In this document: piece after piece, positions 16,890 through 24,000 of the stretch
How the letters are laid out: each line of letters starts with the position of its first letter
Position numbering within the stretch: the stretch's first letter is position 1
Assembly: GCA_002471665.1 (NCBI GenBank)
Contig: DKQK01000005.1
Span: 61,918-85,917 of the forward strand
DNA from: Gammaproteobacteria bacterium UBA7310
GTDB taxonomy: Bacteria; Pseudomonadota; Gammaproteobacteria; Pseudomonadales; Ketobacteraceae
Reading direction: 5' to 3'
DNA length: 24,000 nucleotides
The notes under the pieces: generated by a model
Databases searched by the model: none
The model's input: the letters and a program-made list of their open reading frames with translations, nothing else
What the model was told of the DNA's origin: nothing
Program-made: the position numbers and the translations under genes

Positions 16890-17046
16890 ATCGCCACTTC
16901 CCTTTGCATACTGGTTTCTGATGAGTATAGTCGGTTGCCAGCGATACACCGGTTTCTCTGCGCTGGCCGGTCACCGAAATCGCAGCAGACAGTTACCCGA
17001 GAATTTCTGCTACCATAAGCCGATATCCGATTTCAGGAAGCATTGC

Positions 17047-18381
17047 ATGCCCAGCGCTGAACACTCACGAGCCTACCGCGCCGCTATTTTGTATTTTGTC
17101 GGTGATCCCCTGCAGTTGGGAGAACAGGCGTGGCACTTCCATGAAGATGGGATTTTGTGGGTAGAGCAGGGCCTGGTGAAAGCAGTGGGCGCGGCGGCGG
17201 ACATGCTGGAACGCTTGCCCAGGCGGATTTCCCTGGAGTGTTTTCCGCACCATTTGATCACCCCCGGCTTTATTGACTGCCACGTTCATTATCCGCAGAC
17301 CGAAATGATTGCCGCCTACGGTGAACGCCTGCTGAGCTGGCTCAACACTTATACCTTTCCCACCGAACTGAAATTCCAGGACAGAGCCTACGCCGCTCAG
17401 GTATCTGAATTTTTTCTGGATGAGCTTTTGCGCAACGGCACGACCACAGCACTGGTATTCGGCACTGTATACCCGGAGTCGGTGGACGCATTGTTCCAGG
17501 CCGCCCAGCAACGCAACCTGCGCATGATTACCGGCAAAGTCATGATGGATCGGCATGCGCCCCAGGAGCTTTGTGATACGGCACAGCAAAGCTACCAGGA
17601 CAGCAAGATGTTGATTGAGCGCTGGCATGGTGTGGACCGCCTCCAGTATGCGGTCAGCCCGCGCTTTGCTCCCTGCAGCAGCCAGGAGCAACTCAACAAG
17701 GCGGGACAACTACTGCGGGAACACCCCGGCGTCTACCTGCATACTCATCTGTCTGAAAACCAGGAAGAAGTGGCCTGGGTTAAGGCGTTGTTTCCCCAAT
17801 CCCGACACTACCTGGATGTGTATGAGCAAGCCGGATTGCTCACCCGCCGCAGTGTATTTGCCCACGGCATTCACCTGTGTGACGACGAATGCCAGCGTCT
17901 GGCCGCCACCGGCGGCGCCATTGCCCACTGCCCTACCTCCAATTTATTCCTGGGGTCCGGGCTGTTTCCACTGGACAAACTGCAGCAATGGGGTGTCCAC
18001 ATTGGCCTGGGTACCGACGTGGGGGGCGGTACCAGTTTTTCCCTGCTGCGCACACTGGATGAGGCCTATAAAGTCCAACAACTTCAGGGGGCCAGCCTGG
18101 ACCCGTTTCAAGCCCTCTATCTGGCCACCCTGGGCGGTGCCAGAGCGCTCGACCTGGAGCACACCATCGGCAGCCTGCAACCGGGCTATGAAGCCGACTT
18201 TTGTATTCTGGACCTGCATGCCACCCCATTGCTGGCCTTTCGCATGCAACACTGCCACACACCGCGGGACATTCTGTTTGCATTGAATACCCTGGGCGAC
18301 GACCGCGCGGTGGCTAGGACCTATTCCCTTGGCCGCTGTGTGCATCAGGCTGAATCGAAACCCCATGCCAGAGATAAGTAA
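17047..18381 (+). CDS. guaD: Guanine deaminase
   Basis: 444 aa from ATG 17047, with SD AGGAAG 6 nt upstream. PGFIDCHVHYPQTEMIAAYGERLLSWLNTYTFPTE closely parallels E. coli GuaD. Also HLSENQEEV and GLGTDVGGG. The upstream ORF extension to 16825 overlaps the tsx-like gene. Confidence 0.9.
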   Translation: MPSAEHSRAYRAAILYFVGDPLQLGEQAWHFHEDGILWVEQGLVKAVGAAADMLERLPRRISLECFPHHLITPGFIDCHVHYPQTEMIAAYGERLLSWLNTYTFPTELKFQDRAYAAQVSEFFLDELLRNGTTTALVFGTVYPESVDALFQAAQQRNLRMITGKVMMDRHAPQELCDTAQQSYQDSKMLIERWHGVDRLQYAVSPRFAPCSSQEQLNKAGQLLREHPGVYLHTHLSENQEEVAWVKALFPQSRHYLDVYEQAGLLTRRSVFAHGIHLCDDECQRLAATGGAIAHCPTSNLFLGSGLFPLDKLQQWGVHIGLGTDVGGGTSFSLLRTLDEAYKVQQLQGASLDPFQALYLATLGGARALDLEHTIGSLQPGYEADFCILDLHATPLLAFRMQHCHTPRDILFALNTLGDDRAVARTYSLGRCVHQAESKPHARDK

Positions 18382-18487
18382 ATGGTTTGCGTTCGCAGTA
18401 AAAGGGTAACACTTGCATTACGGTACAAATCGGCCATATTAAGACATCGGATACTCTATAACCTGATCATATACAGGGATTTTCCAT

Positions 18488-20470
18488 TTGCAGATTCGGG
18501 ACACCACGGCCAGCAGCCCGCCGCTGATCAGGCGCCGGGTCAAGCACATCATTTGGCTGCTGCTTGCCGTCAGCCTACTTATTCTTGTTCTCGGTACCTT
18601 ACAGGCACAACTGATGAGCGGCGTGCGCGCCTACGTTCGTGGCGAAGGCCTGTGGGCCAAGGCGCAGAAGGATTCCGTTCTGCTGCTGTATCGCTACCTT
18701 GAAAACCCTTCAGACTATCTGTTTGAAGGCTTTGAGCGCGCCCTCCAGATTAACCTGAACGACCGCATTGCCCGGCTGGCACTACAGAAAAAAAATCCAA
18801 ATTATGCTGATGCCCGCCAGGGTTTTCTCGCCGGCGGCAATCATCCCGACGATATCGATAACATGATTTATCTGTTTGTCTGGTTTCAGAACATCAAACA
18901 CATGAAAAACGCCATTGCTATCTGGACCGCAGCCGACGCTGAAATCGATCAGTTGAGATCTCTGGCGTATCGAATCCGCGAGGCACATTTTCACGCCTCC
19001 AATGCAGACCTCTCCCGCTTCAAACAGGAACTCGAACAACTGGATCTCAGACTGAACAAACTGGAAATCGATTTTTCCAGCGAGCTGAGCGAAGGTGCGC
19101 GCTGGCTAAAACGCACCTTGCTTCTGGTAAATTTGAGCATGTTGATGACAATGCTGTTGCTGGTCTGGTTTATATCACGCCGTGTGCTGGCAGAAATCGA
19201 CGACGCTGAAAGCAAACTGCGGGACAGCGAAACCCGCTTCAAAACGCTCTACGACTCCAACATCATCGGCATCCTGATCTGGCGTGAAAACGGTGAGATC
19301 TATGATGCCAACGACCAGTTCCTCGATATCCTTGGCTACACCAGGGCTGAACTGCAGCAGGGCCTGCTCAACTGGCGTGACCTGACCCCGGCAGAATTCC
19401 AGTCCTCTGACGACCATGCCTTGCAACAAATTGCCGAACAAGGCTATTGCCTGCCGTTTGAAAAAGAATTCTTTCATAAAACCGGTAGACGCACCCCTGT
19501 TTGCGTAGGCGGAGCGCTGCTCCATGGCGAGCAGGATCGCGGGCTTGCCTTTATGGTGGATCGAACCAGTGAGAAGAAAATGGAGGCACAGATACAGTTA
19601 TCCGCCACCGTACTGGAAGCCAGCCGCGATGGCATACTGATTTGTAATCAACAGCGCAACATCATCACCACCAATGCCTCCTACCGGAAAATGACCGGTT
19701 TTACCAACACTGAACTGGTGGGCACCAAGGCCTGTTTCTACCGCACCAGTGACCAGGACGAAGCACAGAAGATTGAATCCAAACTGCAACAGCGCCACTA
19801 CTGGCAGGATGACACGGAGATTCCACTGGCGAACGGCAATCTGCTACCGGTACGGGCCAGCATAGCCACTGTTACCGGAGACGACGGGCAATTCAGTCAT
19901 TACGTGGCCGTGTTTTCGGATATCAGCGCACGTAGAGACCTGGAAGAAAACCTGAAGAACATGGCGCACTTTGATCACCTGACCGGACTGGCCAATCGCA
20001 TCCTGTTCTCGGATCGACTTTGCACCGCCATCAGCCGGGCTCATCGGCATAAAACGCAATGCGCCCTGCTGTTTATTGATCTGGATAAGTTCAAGCCGGT
20101 GAATGATCAATACGGCCACGCCATCGGCGATGAGTTACTAAAGCAAGTGGCGCTGCGTTTAAGCAGTTCAAGCCGCGAGAGTGATACCGTCGGCAGGCTG
20201 GGGGGCGATGAATTCGTCATGATTGTAGAAGACCTGAACGATCCTGACTACGCTACCCAGATTGCAGAGAAAATTGCCCATCAACTGCAACAACCCTTTA
20301 CGGTAAACGAGCAACCTATTACCGTTGGTTGCAGTATCGGCATTGCAGTGTACCCCATCGACGGCAAGGACGATGTTGAACTGATCCGTGCCGCAGACAT
20401 CGCCATGTACGCAGCCAAAGGCAAACCAGACACCCACTATTACCTATACAGCGGCCAACAGAAAAACTGA
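18488..20470 (+). CDS. Membrane sensor diguanylate cyclase (2 TM + periplasmic domain + 2 PAS + GGDEF)
   Basis: 660 aa. TM helices at about aa 20-38 and 210-229. PAS-like segments (FKTLYDSNIIGILIW..., LSATVLEASRDGILICN...). GGDEF at 20201-20215 and an I-site RESD five residues upstream. The only canonical start in the open frame before TM1 is TTG 18488 (AGGGA 9 nt upstream). Confidence 0.9.
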   Translation: MQIRDTTASSPPLIRRRVKHIIWLLLAVSLLILVLGTLQAQLMSGVRAYVRGEGLWAKAQKDSVLLLYRYLENPSDYLFEGFERALQINLNDRIARLALQKKNPNYADARQGFLAGGNHPDDIDNMIYLFVWFQNIKHMKNAIAIWTAADAEIDQLRSLAYRIREAHFHASNADLSRFKQELEQLDLRLNKLEIDFSSELSEGARWLKRTLLLVNLSMLMTMLLLVWFISRRVLAEIDDAESKLRDSETRFKTLYDSNIIGILIWRENGEIYDANDQFLDILGYTRAELQQGLLNWRDLTPAEFQSSDDHALQQIAEQGYCLPFEKEFFHKTGRRTPVCVGGALLHGEQDRGLAFMVDRTSEKKMEAQIQLSATVLEASRDGILICNQQRNIITTNASYRKMTGFTNTELVGTKACFYRTSDQDEAQKIESKLQQRHYWQDDTEIPLANGNLLPVRASIATVTGDDGQFSHYVAVFSDISARRDLEENLKNMAHFDHLTGLANRILFSDRLCTAISRAHRHKTQCALLFIDLDKFKPVNDQYGHAIGDELLKQVALRLSSSSRESDTVGRLGGDEFVMIVEDLNDPDYATQIAEKIAHQLQQPFTVNEQPITVGCSIGIAVYPIDGKDDVELIRAADIAMYAAKGKPDTHYYLYSGQQKN

Positions 20471-20472
20471 TA

Positions 20473-20787
20473 ATGCAGATCATCTATCGTGCCAAAGACA
20501 TTGCTGAGGCTCATATTCTTTCCGGTTATTTACGCGCCCAGGGTGTGGACAGCCACGTGGATGGACACTATTTGCAAGGTGCAATCGGCGAGATCGGCAT
20601 GGCCGATTTTGCCCTGGTGCGGGTAGCCGATGAGGATGTGGAGAAAGCACGCAAACTGGTGCTGGATTATGAAAGCAATCGGGGCGAAAACCCGGTACAT
20701 TCACACTCTTCAAACCCACCCTCACCACTGCTGATCATGGCTCTGTTTCTGGTATCAGCGTTCCTGCTAGTGATGCTTGTCAGTTAG
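20473..20787 (+). CDS. DUF2007-like small protein ('putative signal transducing protein') with a C-terminal TM anchor
   Basis: 104 aa. MQIIYRAKDIAEAHILSGYLRAQGVDSHVDG...VRVADEDVEKARKLV fits the DUF2007 pattern as recalled. The C-terminus LLIMALFLVSAFLLVMLV is hydrophobic. The ATG lies 2 nt after the cyclase stop codon. Confidence 0.55.
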   Translation: MQIIYRAKDIAEAHILSGYLRAQGVDSHVDGHYLQGAIGEIGMADFALVRVADEDVEKARKLVLDYESNRGENPVHSHSSNPPSPLLIMALFLVSAFLLVMLVS

Positions 20788-21900
20788 GGATTCAGACTGC
20801 TTGGGATACAGTTGCGGAACAACACCCACTGAATCCAGGTCCGGAAACGCCTCTTTCACCGCCAGCAGTTTGTGTAACTGCGACTTGAAACAGGCGACAA
20901 TCGTCGGGTCAAAAGCCCGCCCACCCTGATCATCAATGAACTTAATGGCCTCTTCCACCGGCCAGGGCGCTTTATAGGGGCGCCGGGAGGTCAGCGCATC
21001 GAACACATCGCACACACTGGTGATGCGGGTAAACAGTGGAATTTCCTCACCTTTCAAACCATTTGGATAGCCAGTACCATCCCAACGCTCATGGTGATTC
21101 AGGGCAATCTCCGCAGCCACCCGCAACAACTCTGAATCGTTATGATCGCCGCTCAGGATGTGTGCCCCCAGGGAAACATGGGTTTGCATGGTGCTCCATT
21201 CCTCACCTTCAAGCTTACCTGGCTTCAGTAACACCCGATCAGGAATCCCGATTTTACCAATATCGTGCATGGGGCTGGCCTGCTCAACCAACTCCACATC
21301 CCGAGGCTGTAAACCAAGCGCCCGCGCCACAATTCCGGTCATCTTACTGATGCGCATCACATGGGCGCCGGTTTCGTTATCTTTAAACTCAGCCGCCCGC
21401 CCCAGGCATTCAATCAGTTTCACCTGAGAATAATGCAATTGCCGGGTGCGTTGCTGCACCTTTTCCTCCAGCAATTCGTTCTGGTGCCGTAACGCTTTCT
21501 GCAGGTGCACGGTTTCCAGTAAATTGCGAAACCGCAGCAACACCTCACGATGATTGAACGGCTTTTGAATAAAATCCCGGGCACCGCTGGCCAACGCCAG
21601 ATCACGGGTGTAGTGATCTTCATCGGCGGTCAACACCACGATGGGGATGAACTCACCAGCAAAGGAATCCGACAATGCCGCCATCACATCAAACCCGTTC
21701 ATAACCGGCATATGGATGTCCAGGGCAATCAAATCATAGGCATGCTGGCCATACTCCAATGCCACCCGGGTCGGGTCATCCAGGGCAGTCACATTGTGAT
21801 AACCATCCCTTTTCAGAATCACCTGCAAAATCTGCAAACTGGTCGCATCGTCATCCACCAACAATATCTTGCTTCGATGCAGCACTTCCAGATCAAACAT
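20767..21900 (-). CDS. Response regulator with HD-GYP domain (RpfG-like c-di-GMP phosphodiesterase)
   Basis: REC domain: ILLVDDD, DLIALDIHMPVMNG, FIQKPF. HD-GYP domain: HDIGKIGIP, HHERWDGTGYPNGL. I chose the start at ATG 21900 with GAGAGG upstream (ORF track: TTG 21906). The 3' end overlaps the DUF2007-like gene by 21 bp. Confidence 0.9.
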   Translation of the reverse strand: MFDLEVLHRSKILLVDDDATSLQILQVILKRDGYHNVTALDDPTRVALEYGQHAYDLIALDIHMPVMNGFDVMAALSDSFAGEFIPIVVLTADEDHYTRDLALASGARDFIQKPFNHREVLLRFRNLLETVHLQKALRHQNELLEEKVQQRTRQLHYSQVKLIECLGRAAEFKDNETGAHVMRISKMTGIVARALGLQPRDVELVEQASPMHDIGKIGIPDRVLLKPGKLEGEEWSTMQTHVSLGAHILSGDHNDSELLRVAAEIALNHHERWDGTGYPNGLKGEEIPLFTRITSVCDVFDALTSRRPYKAPWPVEEAIKFIDDQGGRAFDPTIVACFKSQLHKLLAVKEAFPDLDSVGVVPQLYPKQSESLTDKHH

Positions 21901-22009
21901 GCTCAACCTCTCAGCCGATCTATCATCACTACAGTATAAATTACGGCAGCCGGTTTTGAGTACGTTGATAGATTCTATTGCTATAAGGCGCGTTCCTGAT
22001 ACGCCTAAA

Positions 22010-22522
22010 CTATTTGAAATAATAATTAAAGCTGGCGTTGGGATAATTGATATCCCCGGTCTTTACCTCATAACGGATGTAATTCAAACCAAGCTGAAGG
22101 TGCTCACTGGGTTTGAACCCCATTCCCACCCCATAGTGCAAATCGGTACCGCTCAAGTCAGCGACCTTGCCAAAGCCCGCCTCATGCACCTGGGTATCCC
22201 AGTGGTGGCCACCCACCCGTATATTCAGCTCAAACACCTCACTCAATGGATACACGGCCAGCGCGGCCAGCGCCACCGCATCAGTACTGTATTCCCACAC
22301 CGGTTCCAAATCATCTTCGGCATCCCCGAAATCGATGTAAGATAATTCCAATGCCAGATTTCTGTGAACGCGGCCTCCCAGCTTGATCTCAAAGCCGGTG
22401 GGACTATTCAGTTCGTCGTCGGAATAATCCACCTTTCCGGCGGTGCCCCCCAGATAGGGATTGGCAAAAGCAGTGGAACCCAATGAAATAAGTAATGCCC
22501 CAAACACAATACGATAATGCAT
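22010..22522 (-). CDS. Small outer-membrane beta-barrel protein (OmpA-N/OmpX-like, PF13505-type)
   Basis: 170 aa from ATG 22522. Signal peptide MHYRIVFGALLISLGSTAFA. Alternating hydrophobic strands (LALELSYIDF, HYGVGMGF, LQLGLNYIRY) and an aromatic C-terminus NYYFK. Confidence 0.6.
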   Translation of the reverse strand: MHYRIVFGALLISLGSTAFANPYLGGTAGKVDYSDDELNSPTGFEIKLGGRVHRNLALELSYIDFGDAEDDLEPVWEYSTDAVALAALAVYPLSEVFELNIRVGGHHWDTQVHEAGFGKVADLSGTDLHYGVGMGFKPSEHLQLGLNYIRYEVKTGDINYPNASFNYYFK

Positions 22523-22687
22523 AGTAAACGCCCTGTTCTGTAACGGATTTGTTTCATGTACAGAGACAGACGAGGGTAAAAAAACAGACTGATCTTGGTT
22601 TCTTGCCGGCCAGGCACAATAAAATACGCAAGCAGCCAATTTTTAGTGTTCGATTAGCAACATTCGGGTCGCCCCATTTTATCTAAC

Positions 22688-22717
22688 CCTCTAGTGTAAA
22701 CACACATTACCTAGAGG
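22688..22717. promoter_or_regulatory. Imperfect palindrome CCTCTAG-N16-CTAGAGG upstream of the second SDR gene
   Basis: Perfect 7-bp arms read directly from the sequence. The inner GTAA..TTAC extends the symmetry with one bulge. The right arm overlaps the putative SD (AGAGGA). Confidence 0.3.
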
Positions 22718-22727
22718 ACGTATCACG

Positions 22728-23483
22728 ATGATTGATTTGACCGGAAAAATAGCGCTTATCACGGGTGGAACCAGTGGCATTGGTTATACAACAGCCGGAG
22801 TGCTCAAAAAATTAGGTGCAGATGTCACAGTCACTGGCCGCAATCGAGAGGCCCTGGATAAGGTTGCATCCGAACTAGGTGTGCATGCAATATTTGCCGA
22901 TCAGGCAAAGGTCAGCGATCTAGAAAGCCTGGCTACGCAAGTTAAATCCAGGCATGGAGGTATTGATATTTTGTTCATCAACGCCGGCATTTCGGCTTTT
23001 GCTCCCATCGAGCAATTTACGGAAGCCCAATTCGATGACATTATGAATATCAATTTCAGAGGCGCATTTTTTACGTTACAGAAATTTCTGCCGGTATTAA
23101 ATGACGGAGCATCAGTGATCAATCTTGGCTCAATCAACGCTTACACCGGCATGCAAAATACGGCTGTCTACGCTGCGAGTAAGGCCGCACTAAATTCTCT
23201 TACACGTACGGCCGCCACTGAACTGGCCCCCAGAAATATTCGTGTCAACGCAGTCAACCCCGGGCCTGTTAACACCCCTATTTTTGGAAAGCTGGGCATG
23301 TCAGACGATGACATTAAAGCGTTTTCGGCTACCATGCAGAAACGCATTCCATTGAGCCGGTTTGGTGAACCCAGCGATATTGCGCATGTAGTCGCCTTTC
23401 TCGCCTCAGACACCGCCAATTTTATCACGGGAGCCGAATACAATATTGATGGAGGCACCAATGTAAACCCTGTGCTTAATTAA
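22728..23483 (+). CDS. Short-chain dehydrogenase/reductase (SDR)
   Basis: 251 aa. Motifs ITGGTSGIGYTTA, INAGI and YAASKAAL (YxxxK), with the C-terminus ITGAEYNIDGG typical of classical SDRs. Confidence 0.9.
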   Translation: MIDLTGKIALITGGTSGIGYTTAGVLKKLGADVTVTGRNREALDKVASELGVHAIFADQAKVSDLESLATQVKSRHGGIDILFINAGISAFAPIEQFTEAQFDDIMNINFRGAFFTLQKFLPVLNDGASVINLGSINAYTGMQNTAVYAASKAALNSLTRTAATELAPRNIRVNAVNPGPVNTPIFGKLGMSDDDIKAFSATMQKRIPLSRFGEPSDIAHVVAFLASDTANFITGAEYNIDGGTNVNPVLN

Positions 23484-23568
23484 AGAACCTGAGATAAGCA
23501 AACCAAATCCAGGTTGAAATCAGATGAAAGGATTTTTGTTGTTTGGAACAACTTAAAACTTCAGCACC

Positions 23569-24000
23569 CTATACAAACAATTCTTCAGGCTTAGCAAGGT
23601 CAAATCCATCCGCTATTAGTTCCCTCCCCCAATGCTCATACATCTTTAGATATATAGTTTCAAAAAAGCTCCGTGGACTTTTAATCTCCCAAGACCAAGG
23701 TAAACAAAAATAATCATCTTGATGATGAATAATTGTTTCAAAGTCATAATCCGTATCTGCCAATGCAATACCCAATACTCTCATCAGTTCGTATTTATGA
23801 CCTAATGAAAACTTAAGTAACCTTCCGCCATTAAAGAATTTTTCTTCAAGTAGCTTACACAGCTGTTCAGTATCATTAGGGTCAAAATTACTCAAGTATT
23901 CACCCAGCGTTTCTTCACGATCATACACATCAAAATCGCCAAGGAAATACGCTGGAGTGACTACAAAATCAACATCACTATCTGGAAACTTTAAACTCAT
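23569..24000 (-). CDS. Hypothetical acidic, aromatic-rich protein (143 aa or longer); function unknown
   Basis: The open frame runs to the window edge. The ATG at 23998-24000 may be the start or an internal Met. The ORF is strongly AT-rich: hand counts of two 60-nt lines give 22/60 and 16/60 G+C. I recognise no family with confidence. Confidence 0.5.
   Translation of the reverse strand: MSLKFPDSDVDFVVTPAYFLGDFDVYDREETLGEYLSNFDPNDTEQLCKLLEEKFFNGGRLLKFSLGHKYELMRVLGIALADTDYDFETIIHHQDDYFCLPWSWEIKSPRSFFETIYLKMYEHWGRELIADGFDLAKPEELFV

Noticed and set aside
16167-17018. A 283-aa plus-strand ORF covering the whole Tsx-like gene.
   Set aside because: It is the mirror frame of a gene that has a clear signal peptide and a beta-barrel C-terminus. 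The translation has no motifs.
16890-17046. A possible purine (guanine) riboswitch upstream of guaD or the tsx-like gene. GGTTTCTCTG...CACCGAAAT loosely resembles the J2/3 GUUUCUACC and L3 CCGUAAAU segments.
   Set aside because: I could not draw the P1/P2/P3 helices or find the L2 GAUAUGG loop. The resemblance is limited to two short strings. An Rfam cmsearch would settle it.
18382-18702. A 106-aa ORF starting at the ATG immediately after the guaD stop codon.
   Set aside because: Most of its length overlaps the diguanylate cyclase gene in another frame. The product is Arg/Ala/Gln-rich with no motif, and the cyclase frame has clear TM and domain signatures.
1-24000. A search of the whole window for CRISPR arrays, tRNA/rRNA genes, IS elements or transposases, integrases, toxin-antitoxin pairs, reverse transcriptases or known defence-system genes.
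   Set aside because: None was found. No intergenic gap exceeds about 225 bp, no spaced direct-repeat array was seen, and every sizeable ORF has a metabolic, transport, regulatory or envelope assignment except the final AT-rich ORF.

Overview
The window looks like GC-rich chromosomal DNA of a gammaproteobacterial type. A hand-counted 60-nt line in the bulk gives 38/60 G+C. It is densely packed with about 21 protein-coding genes. I saw no rRNA, tRNA, CRISPR array, transposase, integrase or canonical phage-defence gene.

Gene order:
- An rsuA 3' fragment translationally coupled to an rsmC-like 16S rRNA methyltransferase, with a convergent spermidine-synthase-like methyltransferase.
- A lipid/ketone oxidation neighbourhood (about 2.0-10.3 kb): nitronate-monooxygenase/FabK-like flavoenzyme, a COG3687 'predicted metal-dependent hydrolase', an acyl-CoA synthetase, an SDR coupled by ATGA overlap to a type I Baeyer-Villiger monooxygenase, then a divergent FabR-like TetR regulator plus an iron-type alcohol dehydrogenase.
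- A TetR-MFP-RND efflux operon preceded by a perfect 43-bp palindrome, with no outer-membrane factor.
- A purine/nucleoside salvage group: Tsx/OmpK-like channel, LHPP-like HAD-IIA phosphatase and a divergent guanine deaminase.
- A c-di-GMP module: TM-sensor-PAS-PAS-GGDEF cyclase, a DUF2007-like membrane-anchored small protein, and a convergent REC-HD-GYP phosphodiesterase.
- A lower-GC tail: small OM beta-barrel protein, a second SDR, and a strongly AT-rich unknown ORF that touches the window edge.

Most interesting observations:
- The 'hydrolase' carries a duplicated E...ExxH pattern typical of ferritin-like di-iron oxygenases. It sits in a BVMO/SDR/acyl-CoA ligase cluster that has no recognisable esterase.
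- The divergent BVMO/TetR control region is unusually rich in palindromes, including one with FabR-box-like architecture.
- The 43-bp perfect palindrome abuts a TetR start codon that has no Shine-Dalgarno sequence.
- Three of the four convergent gene pairs overlap at their 3' ends.

All functional links are inference from sequence motifs and gene order. Nothing here is experimentally or database verified.
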